Shown here piece after piece: positions 25,454 through 37,100 of a stretch of 64,000 nt of DNA (positions within the stretch are counted from its first letter, which is position 1; every line of letters begins with the position of its first letter). A program made the translations under genes and the position numbers. The notes below the pieces were generated by a model that saw only the letters and a program-made list of their open reading frames with translations, was not told the origin of the DNA and did not search any database. The DNA is from Haliotis rufescens (taxonomy: Eukaryota). Location of the stretch: NCBI RefSeq assembly GCF_023055435.1, contig NW_025963890.1, positions 43,648,001 through 43,712,000 on the forward strand, read 5' to 3'.

Positions 25454-25713
25454 ACCGTGAAGATCCGGGTAAGAATAGGTCTTCAGCAACCAATGCTTGC
25501 TGTAAAAAACGACTATGCTTGTCCTGTGAGGCGACTAGTGGGATCGGGTGGGCAGGTTCGCTGACGTGGTTGATGCATGTCATCGCAACCCAACTACGCA
25601 GATAGATGCTCATGATATAAATAACTAGATTGTCTGGTCCAGACTCAATTATTTACAGACCGCCGTCATATAGCTGGAATATTGCTGAGTGTGGCGTTAA
25701 ACAACAAACAAAC
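25454..25713 (+). mobile_element. SINE-like family D
   Basis: Forward copy with (AAAC)n tail. Confidence 0.88.
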
Positions 25714-25967
25714 ACACATCGTCCCTATTGTCAAGTTTGGGTGACAGATGTGAACAACGCAGATTGAAATTGTTTTGACCTTACATAAATAGCGGAAAAC
25801 GTTCGTGTTACAGACTGGTTGTCAAATCTGTTATATCCAATCAATTCCCGAGGAAAGAATCGAAATGTCCTGTTAGTCGGCCGAACAGCGACTATCCCCC
25901 TCATTTGTTGAAGGAAACAAAACTGAAATCATAGGCAGATTCCCGCAACACTGCCACGCTATGATTT

Positions 25968-26238
25968 TTGTTTGTTTGATTGTTTGTTGGTTAACGCCGA
26001 ACTCAGCAATATTCCAGCTATGACGGCGGTCTGTAAATAATCGAGTCTGGACCAGACAATCCAGTGATAAATATCATGAGCATCGATCTACGCAATTGGG
26101 ATACCATGACATGCATCAACTAAGTCAGCGAGACTGACCACCCGATCCCGTTAGCCGTCTCTTACGACAAGAATAGTCACCTTTTACGTCAAGCATAGTC
26201 GCCTTTTACGGCAAGCATGGGGTGCTGAAGACCTATTC
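25968..26238 (-). mobile_element. SINE-like family D
   Basis: Reverse copy with a duplicated internal subrepeat. Confidence 0.88.
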
Positions 26239-26879
26239 TACCCCGGATCTTCACGGGTCGCTACACGATGAATCAAATAAAACTATGAAAATAAAAGCGA
26301 CAAAACCCTTTCCATATTCATAAGAAATTGCTGCTAAAAGCAGCGTTCCTATGTACGATTCTAACTATATGATAAGCATGTGTTTATCTCAAACAGATAC
26401 AAAGGCAAGTCACCTGAAAAGTGATCGGCACTTTCAGCGTTTGACGCACTAAATCAAACGTGTGCGCGATCAATGGGAGGTAACTCTCTGGGCCAAGTCT
26501 TTGAAAGGCATTCAGACCTGATACACATAAGGAAGAGAATTTGTTGATGTCAACTACTTTATTGCCATTTACCTATCAGTGAAAATTTTGTCCTGGCTTC
26601 CAGTTGCCCATACCATCAGTGCTAATTACTGTAAAGTGTTGGCTTCCATTGTCTATTGCTAATCACCCATCAGCGCAAATTCTTTGTTGGCTTCCCTTGT
26701 TAAGTTTCCACTTTTTTTTAATCTTATTACTTTTTTGTTCTTACATGAACATATATATGCTCTCTACCTCATAGCATTCATTCACCTAAATTAAATGAAG
26801 GAGTAAGCATATAATCCGAAACGATGTGTTCCTCATAAGTCTGTGGGTGTTCTTATATGAATGTTTACCGCAACTTCTT

Positions 26880-26990
26880 ACTACCATTACCACTACCACT
26901 ACCACTACCATCACTAATACCACTACCACTGCAACCAGTACCAATACCACTGCTGCCATAACTGCAGCTAATACGGCTACTACCAGCAAT
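26880..26990. repeat. Degenerate (ACT/ACC)n trinucleotide repeat
   Basis: Direct inspection. Confidence 0.8.
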
Positions 26991-27059
26991 ATGTACATCT
27001 AAGCGTAGAGGGGCGGTTGGCCTGTCTTTGTGTGTTCCCTCGTCACTGCTAAATGGTGC

Positions 27060-27283
27060 TCCCGCGTGACGATCCGAGGTAGAATTGGTCTTCAGCATCC
27101 CATGCTTGTAAGAGGCGACTAACGCGATCGGGTGATCAGGATAGTTGATTTGATTGGAGCATGTCATCACATCATATTGCGTAGATCGATGTTCGTGTTG
27201 TCAATCACTTGAGTGTCTGGTTCAGACTCATTTGTTTACAAACCGCCGTCATATAGTAGGATCATTGTCAAACAACAAACAAA
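27060..27283 (+). mobile_element. SINE-like family D, degenerate
   Basis: GGTCTTCAGCATCCCATGCTTGTAAGAGGCGACTAAC match. Confidence 0.8.
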
Positions 27284-27411
27284 ACACACATTAGATAGTG
27301 CCAAGTCTAACAACTTACCCAGTGTGTTGCCTGGGGTACTGAGGCCGTATAATGTGTTTTGTATTTTTTTAATTATTATCAAGTAACACGTGTGGCGTCT
27401 CCTTGGGCATG

Positions 27412-27575
27412 GCGGCGGTCGGGTAGCCTACTGGTTAAAGCGTTCGCTTGTCACGCCGAAGACCCGGGATCGATTCCCGACATGGGTACAATGTGTGAAG
27501 CCCATTTCTGGTGTCCCCCGCCGTGATATTGCTGGAATATTGCTAAAATCGGCGTCAAACTCACTCACTCACTCA
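27412..27575 (+). mobile_element. SINE family B
   Basis: TSD CTCCTTGGGCATG. Confidence 0.9.
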
Positions 27576-27788
27576 CTCCTTGGGCATGTCACTTTGTCGA
27601 AATGTGCCTCCGTTCACCTAGCAGTGCATGGTCACCCGGTAGGATGAGATGGCAATGGTTGTGAACCTTCAAGCGCCTAACAGACAGCTTGGGTTGCATA
27701 CTCTCCAGGGAGCTGAGAATGATTCTTGAGTGCACAGTGACCCAGTGACCGGGGTAAAAATAACACTTTGAGCATTCCCCTGAGTGGT

Positions 27789-27950
27789 NNNNNNNNNNNN
27801 NNNNNNNNNNNNNNNNNNNNNNNNNNNNNNNNNNNNNNNNNNNNNNNNNNNNNNNNNNNNNNNNNNNNNNNNNNNNNNNNNNNNNNNNNNNNNNNNNNNN
27901 NNNNNNNNNNNNNNNNNNNNNNNNNNNNNNNNNNNNNNNNNNNNNNNNNN
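27789..27950. other. Assembly gap (162 N)
   Basis: Run of N. Confidence 1.
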
Positions 27951-28919
27951 GGTGGCCTGCTACAACTCATTATGTCGTGTTTCATACCAGGACGGCTGTG
28001 TGTGTCCCCGGCGAACTGGTACCGACACATGACCCTGCGTGACAACTCTCTTCCCCGGTGGATGTATATCTCGTCCATCCGGTACAAAGTCCCCGCAGCA
28101 TGCATTATGTATTTATGTTTCCATATAATTTTTTTTTCCGGTGGAATATATCATTGTTCTAAACTTTCATTTTGTAATATCGCATAAGAATTTATTATTA
28201 TTTGATAATTATTGAAAATATATTTGGTTTCACCATTTATCAAAGAATCTCTTCAAAAGATTCATTGGTGAAGGGTCTGTATTAGATATGTTGATACGTA
28301 CATTTATGACCTTTTTCGGTTTGTACGTACATAGCATACACATACACAAAATGTTATATGATCAAGGGTTTGCACCAGATGTAGTAACATTCCGCGTTTT
28401 TTAGAACGTTATATGGTGAGGGATTGCATCAAATATAAATTACTAAAAATTCGTAAATTCGTAAAATATTATATTATTGCACCTATAAAGATATATTAAA
28501 AACTTGAATGAACACGTGAATGTTAACTGACGGTGTTCCAGTTTTCCGTCCGCCTCTATATGCAATTGTCCCAATCCATCTTGGTGTGGTGCTTTGCAAT
28601 CTAGACTTTAAGTTGACCAGAAACCGTCATCGTCCGCAAAGGCTTTTATATATCAGTATTGGTTACTCTGTACGCTTTAGTTATGATAACAAACAGTATT
28701 CGCCATCGAGCAAATCTTCTCCGAGATATTTTAGAAGCAGTTGTTAAGCATTTGAAACAGTGAAAATGACCACAAGGACAGCCATTAGAAACGTGGAGTT
28801 GTCGATAACAATAAAATACAGTTCTAACCGCCGTTAAACATAATGTGCACTCAGTCAAATACTGCAAGAAGCATTCGTAGTATATTGCAACGCCATTCAT
28901 AGCCAGCTTCATAAATAGT

Positions 28920-29260
28920 ATGTCTAGTGGTAGAGCGTCCGCCCAGAGAGCGGAAGGTCCGGGGTTCGATCCCCGGCAGCGTCATATCAAAAGACGTAAA
29001 AAGATGGTACTTGTTGTTACCCTGTCTGGTGCTCGGCATTAAGGGGCTAAAACAAGGACTGGTCGGCTTGAGTCAGTATACAGTGTCTAAGTGGGGTATT
29101 CATGTTAAACTGCGGCATGGTATCTCAGTGAGCTAGCTCTATAAATCGGCATCAGTCCGGACTTGTACAAGCAGCCACACAAACACACACACGTACATGC
29201 ACGTCGCTATGTAAGTGCAATAATCTAGGACGCGATGTTAAACCTCCTTTCATCTCACCT
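28920..29260 (+). mobile_element. SINE family A
   Basis: TAGTGGTAGAGC A-box, GGTTCGATCC B-box, TSD-like CAT(A/G)AATAGT. Confidence 0.9.
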
Positions 29261-32200
29261 CATGAATAGTCTAGTGTTATCTGTGGGATTATAGATGGCA
29301 TTTCTTGTATTTGACCACTTTCTGAATGGCATTGTGTATTCATAGCTTCATATATAAACTTTCTGGTTTGAAATGAGATCAAATAGTATCCCACTTTTCC
29401 GCTTTCTCAACAAACAAGGACATGACAGAATTGTGTTAGAATAAATGAATCCTACTTACATAATCATAAAGAATAGTTTGTTCTTAATGTGTCCTTTATA
29501 ACTAACATGATAATTTCGGCGGATATGGGTTGACAACTTTGGCTTAAATATCAGCTACGGAATATGTATAACTGGTTATCTTAAAGAGGGAAATCTGCAT
29601 TCATAGCTAGTTGAATTTTAACAGTCTGGTGCACTTGGACCTTACCGGGTGGTCAATTTTCTCCATCGCACAAAGCTATTTTCATCCAAAGTTCATAGTA
29701 ATATTGCTTAAATAGAAGCGACAAAACCCAAAACCGAAATGATTGTACGATCATTAGCATGTGTTTATAAATCGCTACCAAGTAGTGATGATACCAGGTG
29801 TTCGCGATAAGGCGAACATATCCTGTCCCGCGATTGCCATACTTCAAAAACACACCCAAAGGTTTGTCAATTGTTCACCTGAAAAAAATGGTACAGATGG
29901 TACAAGTCAAAATAGGGAACTGCGGCGGACATCATATTTGTCACTGATGCGTCAGTTTGGAAATACCCTCCACATGTCTACCAAAAAACGTTTTGAAAGC
30001 TTTACTGAAGCCTTGAATGTTGTTATACCCTTGATCAAACAATTTGTGACCAAGAGTCGTATGACGCCCTTTGAAAAGTCAGGATAGCAGATAATTCGTT
30101 TGTTAATTCACATCCAATTTTCATGTATACGATAGAAAGATATAATAACCAAATACAGGCAATGTCGAAATGCTTGCTAAATTATGAATGCAATGATATA
30201 TATTTTGAGTCAGGATTATTCATAACAGCAGTTTCATGCAAATGTTAAGCAAGAAAAAGACAATTTTTTTGGTCCAGGCATTATGGCATGTTTTAACAAG
30301 GAAGTTGAAGTAATTTCAAATGCCTGTCAATGCAATTCGAGATATACCAACTTAAGTTTCCATAAAACATAATGCAGTGTGAGAAATTGAAAATAGCATG
30401 GAGCTTAATGTAATGTTGACACGGACCTCTCTCATATTTCCCTGCGGGTATAACGTCCGTCACGAGTAAAAAATGTTGTCATACCTTTTTATGATAAATA
30501 TTGTGGATATCTGCAAATATCTTAAAGTTCTGTAATCATCTCTTAGATGTTACGTAACATCTTCATAATATTCTGTCGTTATTTTTGTTACTGTCACGGA
30601 GTTGTGCTCAAATGATCAGGGATGTCATTCAACAAGAATAAAGTAAAAATGAAAACGTGGTACAGTAGGACATGGATATAACGAACACGGATAGAGCGAA
30701 CAGACGGATACAGCGAACTGTTACAAAAAATCCCCGATTTATCGCCTATATACTATCACATAAAATCTACGTACAGAACGAACTCTCTAAAAGCAAGATA
30801 ATCAGGGCAAGGTTGATTATCCATTCATTACCAGAAAAAAACGTAGTGTGAAAAACCCTATATAATAAGTGTAGCTCAATACAACAAGAGTAAGTCAGTA
30901 CGCGGTCAAAAGTACCGCGGTAATGTGACCGACCTCTCGTCTTATGGAAAGCCGTACATCGTGTAAATTTCACATTAAAAACATATTGAAGGATAAACAT
31001 GTTAACACAACGCACCTGACGCAAAGATTCCATTTTGTTACGGTTTATAACATTGCCGTCTATTTCGGTGATGAAATGATGGCGTTGCTAATATACATTT
31101 CTACATATATTCAGTTTGTCTTGAGTACCGTTACGCGTTCGATTCTCATCACGCCGGTGACTCCATTGAGGAGTGCCTGTAGTTCCGGATGTCTCACTGT
31201 GATGGCTTGCATTGATGTAACAGAGTGGTTTGACACTTGTACACTTTGATATTTATCCCTGTAGACCGATTTCCCAAGAAGCTATTGTACATCTCCATAA
31301 TGGTGAATGTGAATTAGCTGGTGAGTGAGTGAGTTGGGTTGAACGCTGTTTGAACAGTATTCCAGTTATATCACTGCTCTGCTCACCCCCATTGTTGTGG
31401 AAGTGTCATTTGAGTTCCGTAGCAGCTAGTAATGGCTACCTTGACAACTAATTTAATGTTATTTTGCACAATCACTCAAACAGTTAACAATGCTAGTTTG
31501 TATTTGCATATTACATTTAGACATTTATTGAAGTCTTTTCTGAAGTGTGAATGTATACTCAAAGGCGCGTGATAAATACGGTAACTACGGAAACAAGACA
31601 AGACGTACACCTGTAAACTCTTTATTTCGTTAGTAAACTCTTTATTAACTTTGAATCATGTGATTTGTGTTTTGTTGTTGATATGTTTGATACCCCAATA
31701 TAACACTAAAATGTTACTAGGCCTGATAACTTCAAGAAGATACAGGTGAGCAGAAAGGGAATTCCCTCGACTGCAATATTGGGATTCCCCGACATTCCGA
31801 AGTAATAAAAGTAGTGCGCCTCGGTGGGCGTGGCTTAATTATTTACATTCATTGGGAAATGAATGCAATAACACGTGACCAATTCAGCTAATCAGATCAC
31901 AGGAATTTCAATGACCACAACGAAAATTTAATTTTTTATATTTGACGTTTTGATCCTCCCTGATGACGGGATTCATTTGCATATGGTAGGAGCGCTCCTT
32001 ATATGGACTGTTGTTCGTTTGCATACCCTCAGTCATTGTTCTGTCTATGTTATACAATTGCATACACAACAGGAGAATTGTTTTTACCAGAGTACCAGGA
32101 AAAATATCAGGTGTAAGCAATCATACGTTGTGGAATGAGTGAGTGACATGATAAAATGAATTAGTGCTGGTCACCGACGTTATCGAGTAAATGACCACAT

Positions 32201-32711
32201 ACGTTTACCGTGTCTGTTTGGAGATATATCTATATCGCCAAATTCATTTGCAAAATATTCAGCAAACAAAATGTTCTTCCAATATGTCATGACAAATTGA
32301 ATGCATCTTGTTTGGATATTAACAATCTATGTAAAACAGAACTACAAATTGAAGTGGAGCCAATATGCGAGTAATAATTCCGTATTAGTTTCAGTTTTAT
32401 TGATTCGGAGTAGAGCTGTGGTTCTGTTATGAATACATTTGAGCAACATGTACGATATCATTAATACTGAGTATAGCTGTAGCTTTTTTTATTATACTTT
32501 TGAGTAACATGTACGATTCGAATTTCAGAATATGATATATAATATCGTCAAGGCACAAAACAACAATACCGAGGTGTGTTTCTATACATGAGAACATTCG
32601 TCCAAGCTCAATCTAAGCATGTATCTAGTCCCACTCGTTGTTCCTATGCGCCCTGAGATTCAACTACTGTTTAAGTAATTTCTTTGATAGGCATTTAGAA
32701 GTTGGATAACT

Positions 32712-32888
32712 CAGTAAGGATAAGAATTTATGGATAAAAAAACACTTCTTTATTACAATTAAGAGCGACGTTTCGGTGTAGGTTCTAACATCGTTATCAA
32801 GCATGTGCAAGTATATAGAACCTACACCGAAACGTAGCTCTTAATTGTAATAAAGAAGTTTTTCATCCATAAATTCGTATCCTTACTG
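32712..32888. mobile_element. Inverted-repeat remnant resembling a Penelope-like pLTR end
   Basis: About 75-bp arms (32712-32787 and 32816-32888) containing CGAAACGT followed by AATAAA; related single arm at 39690-39761. Confidence 0.65.
32765..32802 (-). ncRNA. Putative minimal hammerhead ribozyme (U3-A8 core variant)
   Basis: Minus strand GC-TTGATAA-C-GATGT(TAGAACCT)ACACC-GAAAC-GTC-GC. Confidence 0.45.
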
Positions 32889-34049
32889 TTTAAGTAATGC
32901 CTGTGACAAGCTTATAGTAAACATAAGTCTGTCTCCACAACACATCTATTATTATGTATACTTTAGGACACTATATACAAATGTAATTGGTGATCACCGA
33001 TAAACAGGCTTATTATATCTGACTGAAACAAAACATGAAAATGACGAGTTTATATACATGAGCAAATATGACGATGATAAATAAAGGTTTGTCCCTACGA
33101 ATTATATTTATAACACAGTGAATACACATCCAAGAAAATTTAGTACAGTAAACCCGAACAATAATTATATTATTGATAAAATATCATATAGCTGACAAGG
33201 CTTTTAAGCTTGAGCAGCCTCTTGAGATCACGGAAGTAACTCCTTAAAACAAGGATACAGCTCGTAGCGCTTGTATTCCCATCCTCCCAGTCCACCATTA
33301 TTTCATATGTGTTGTTAATACTCAACCACAAGACAGATAAATGTTGTATTAAGTTACACACGTAGATGCCTACAGTATATCTATACTCTATGGTATGTAT
33401 CAAATGAACATGGTCTCATGAACACTATTAAGTGACCATCATGTACAGCTGCAAACACTGACAACGATTACGAAAGTATGTGTGTATAACATATATAACA
33501 TTTAAATCAAGTGTTCACCGTCAAAATATACCTGCAATTTATTGTGTCTGCCCAAACAAAATGTAAATCAAGCAAGCAAGGTTCGATGGCAACTGGTTTG
33601 TTTGCATGCTGATGTGCTAAAACAAGGGTCAGGTTGGCTTGTAGAGTTGACACTGAGTAACAGTAATGTTTGTACGTCATATGTCAGGACAAGTGTTATA
33701 TCGCAGTATTTGACCTGGGGCAACATGCAATAACGAGGCGGTGCAGCGTTGCAGAAAAAAACAGATGCTTACGTACAAGAATACCAAAGGGTTGTCCACG
33801 GCGCATTTAAACGATGGTGTAAGTACATGCAGTTTGAGAAAAGCACATATATCAATATTAACAATACATAGGAAGCTGGAGGCAGAAGAAGAAGAACCGA
33901 CTGTAGTGAGAAGATATCAACACAACGAACCAGGGAAAGTTGTTGTTGTTGTCTTGTTGTGTGGTATCACTGTACAAGACAGTTGGGGTGGACACGGTGT
34001 GATGTAGCTACATACCAAACAACATATCGGTGGGATAATCACCAAGACA

Positions 34050-34107
34050 ATGGCAGCTTGCCTTATCGTGTGGATAGTTATTTGTGAAATTATAGTGTCT
34101 GCTTTCG
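34050..34107 (+). CDS. Lectin-EGF gene exon: signal peptide MAACLIVWIVICEIIVSAF
   Basis: ACAATGG start context, hydrophobic 19-mer, phase-1 GTAAGT donor. Confidence 0.75.
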
Positions 34108-37100
34108 GTAAGTATTACGTTCATCACATTTCATGAAATAGTTTTATTACTTCATCTAAGAGAGAAGTTATGCTCACTAGTAGAATCATGTTTGTCGTCA
34201 AACAAGGAATGCGCATCAATTTTCTTGGAGTGGAAAGGGATTCAAAGTATTGCTTTCCTTTAAAGAGCTTGCCGCTCAGTTGTCGACTGTGTTAACCGCA
34301 ACGATGTGATGATCCACATGTTTAATTGTACTCACAGTGAGTTCCTTTATCTTTAATGAGTTGTCCAAATAATACCGATGGCTTCTGTTAGATGACATTC
34401 TAAATGTCAGCTTTTGTGAGTCATTACGTCGATATGGAGTACCGTCATTATGATCGCCTAAAGCGCTACAATTTCATGTTGCATCCGTTTAGGTGTGTCT
34501 TTATTGTGGGTTCGAATCCTAGTTCTCTTTGAATATGTTTCTCGGTTTGTCAACGGGTTTCACTAAAGTGGTAAATATATAAGATCTGCATCACTTCAGA
34601 CTTATCTCCCGCATTAAGCTGACACGCTGTGGTATAACTGAAATAATGTTCAAGGCAGCGTTTGAAGCCTCACATTAATGTCACGTTGTTGTGATGTCAT
34701 GTTGTCGAGTGTCGTGTGGCCGACATGATGTGTTGTAGTCGTGTTGTGATGTCATATTGTCCTATTGTAGCATGATGAGGTTGTGTCGTTTTGACGAACT
34801 GCAGATGTGTTGTGATGTCGGTTTGTAGCGGGATGCTGTTTCAACAGTCGTAGTGTTATGACGTCGTGTTGACGAGATGCTGTTTTGTCGTGATGCCGTG
34901 TTGAAGCATATTGTCGTTGTGTCATGATGTCGCATTGACGTGATGTCGTTGTGTCGTTGTTTCGTAATACCATGTTGTTGTAATATGATGTCGATGGTTC
35001 TCTGTGTCGTGCTGTAGTTGGGTTGTGGTGTCGTACTGACGGGATGATGTGTTGTAGAATGATGTCGTATTGTCGTGGTATCACATTGTCGTGTTGTAGC
35101 ATCATGTCGTTGTGTTGTACGTAGTCTCGTGTTGCCGTTGTGTCGTAAGGTCATGGTGTGATGTCGTATTGTCGCATGAAGTTGTTGTGTGGTAGTTACA
35201 TTTTGTCATAATATCGGGGTGCCGTTGTGTCGTGATGTCGTTTTTTCGTGATGTCGTGATGTCGTGTTGCAAGCATGATGTCGTTACATCGTAATGTCGT
35301 CTTCCATCCTTCTGTTGCCAGTATGTGCATTTTATGGTTGTTTTTCGAAACAGCAATATTATCAAAAGACAGTGTTAGATGCACACCTATTAGGTCATAT
35401 TGTAGCAATATGACAGTCAGTTAACATTCATTGAGGGTATCAACTGATGAAAAATACACATTACACGTCTACTGCACTAAATACATTAGTCGAATATATT
35501 TTTTAAATGTGTAAATATAATTTTACAACGTTTTAGTATAGTTCACCCTTACCGCAGCTATGATCCAATGCTTTAACCCTCTGCTGCCCAACAGTTCTTT
35601 ATAAAAATGTTGAAGAGTATCGCTAAACTAACATAATTTGATTTACACTGACATGCTGAGAAATCGACATTTTACCTCAGGAATATTGGCACTGAACGTT
35701 GTTTTGAGATGTCAATAATCAAACAGTTACATGGTGATGACAAATTCAGATTCATATGCATAAAGAAATACACTACTGCCTAGAAGTTCATTCCCCTAAC
35801 ACGCGTTGAGAACGCGTGTAACACGCATGTGACACGGGTACTCAACGGGTTGCACACGGGTTGAGCATCCGTTCAACACGCGTGTGCAACAGGTGTGCAG
35901 CGCATGTGAACCCGTTGAGCACGCGTGGGTCACTCGTTGAACACGCGTGTGCCATGCGTTTGAAACGAGACCGGGTTTCAGTTGAATTTGAGAAATATAT
36001 CAAATGTATACTGAGATAAAACAAAACAGTGAGATGTGTTTGTGAGCGACCACTGACCTGTGTTCACCAGACAATAAACACAAGGTCGGCCCGTCTTAAT
36101 TTGTGTTCGGTTGCTGGACTTTTACGACATGAACCATTCCACAAGGGTCCAGTCTAGCCATTGTGGCTAGCCGACAGTAGAACAGTAGTGAATTTAGATG
36201 CGGGTTTATTGCTAGGGGAACCCCCGAGTTGTCACGATTGTCGCGGGTTTTTAAATGTTCGCCATTAATGAAGTGATTGTTTGTGGATTGCGGACATATT
36301 CGTTTTACGTTTTGCCCACATTAGTCATTCTAGGTGATTGCAAACACAACGTTTTTCGATCGCCAAATTTATGCTTTAGGTAGTACAATTATGATAGAGT
36401 TGTCACCACTACTAATGTCTTAATATTAGGATCTGAAACTAGACTGGCACAGTGGGGACTTTGAAATATTGGGAATAAAGCTTAACTCGAACTTAAATAA
36501 TCTGTGGGTAATCAATACAAAGAAGAGAATTGAAATTATTAACCAAATTTTAGGGAATTGGAGGAAAAGAAATTTAACATTGATAGGTAAATTGCTGTTG
36601 TCAAAACCTTGGCCCTATCAACCTTAGTACATATTTTCTCTTCTCTTCCAAACCCACCAAGTGAATTTATTGATGAACTAAACAAAATATTGTACAGATT
36701 CATATGGAATGACAAAAGGGACAAAATAAAACGAACATCTTTAATTAGAAAATATGATGAAGGCGGACTGAGAATGATAGAGGTAAAGTCTTTTATAATC
36801 GCTCTAAAACTGTCAGTTCTCAAAAAACACCTCCAAAATAAAAACTGTAATAACCCTAGCATCTTTCCACTCATAAACATATTCCTACTTGCGGCCAATA
36901 TTGAAAACTGTATGCACTTAGCTCACCCTTACTGGAGAGATGTTTTGTCTGCTTGGGGGACACTGTATAGAAGACACAAAACTAACTCCACAAACATTGA
37001 AGAAGTACTATCAGAACCTCTTTAATTTGCAATTGGTGTAACCATCAGTTTAAAAAAACCGATTTCATTATAAGAAAGGAATTTACACTATTAAAGATCT

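Noticed and set aside
27677-28187. ORFs spanning the N run
   Set aside because: Artefacts of the assembly gap.
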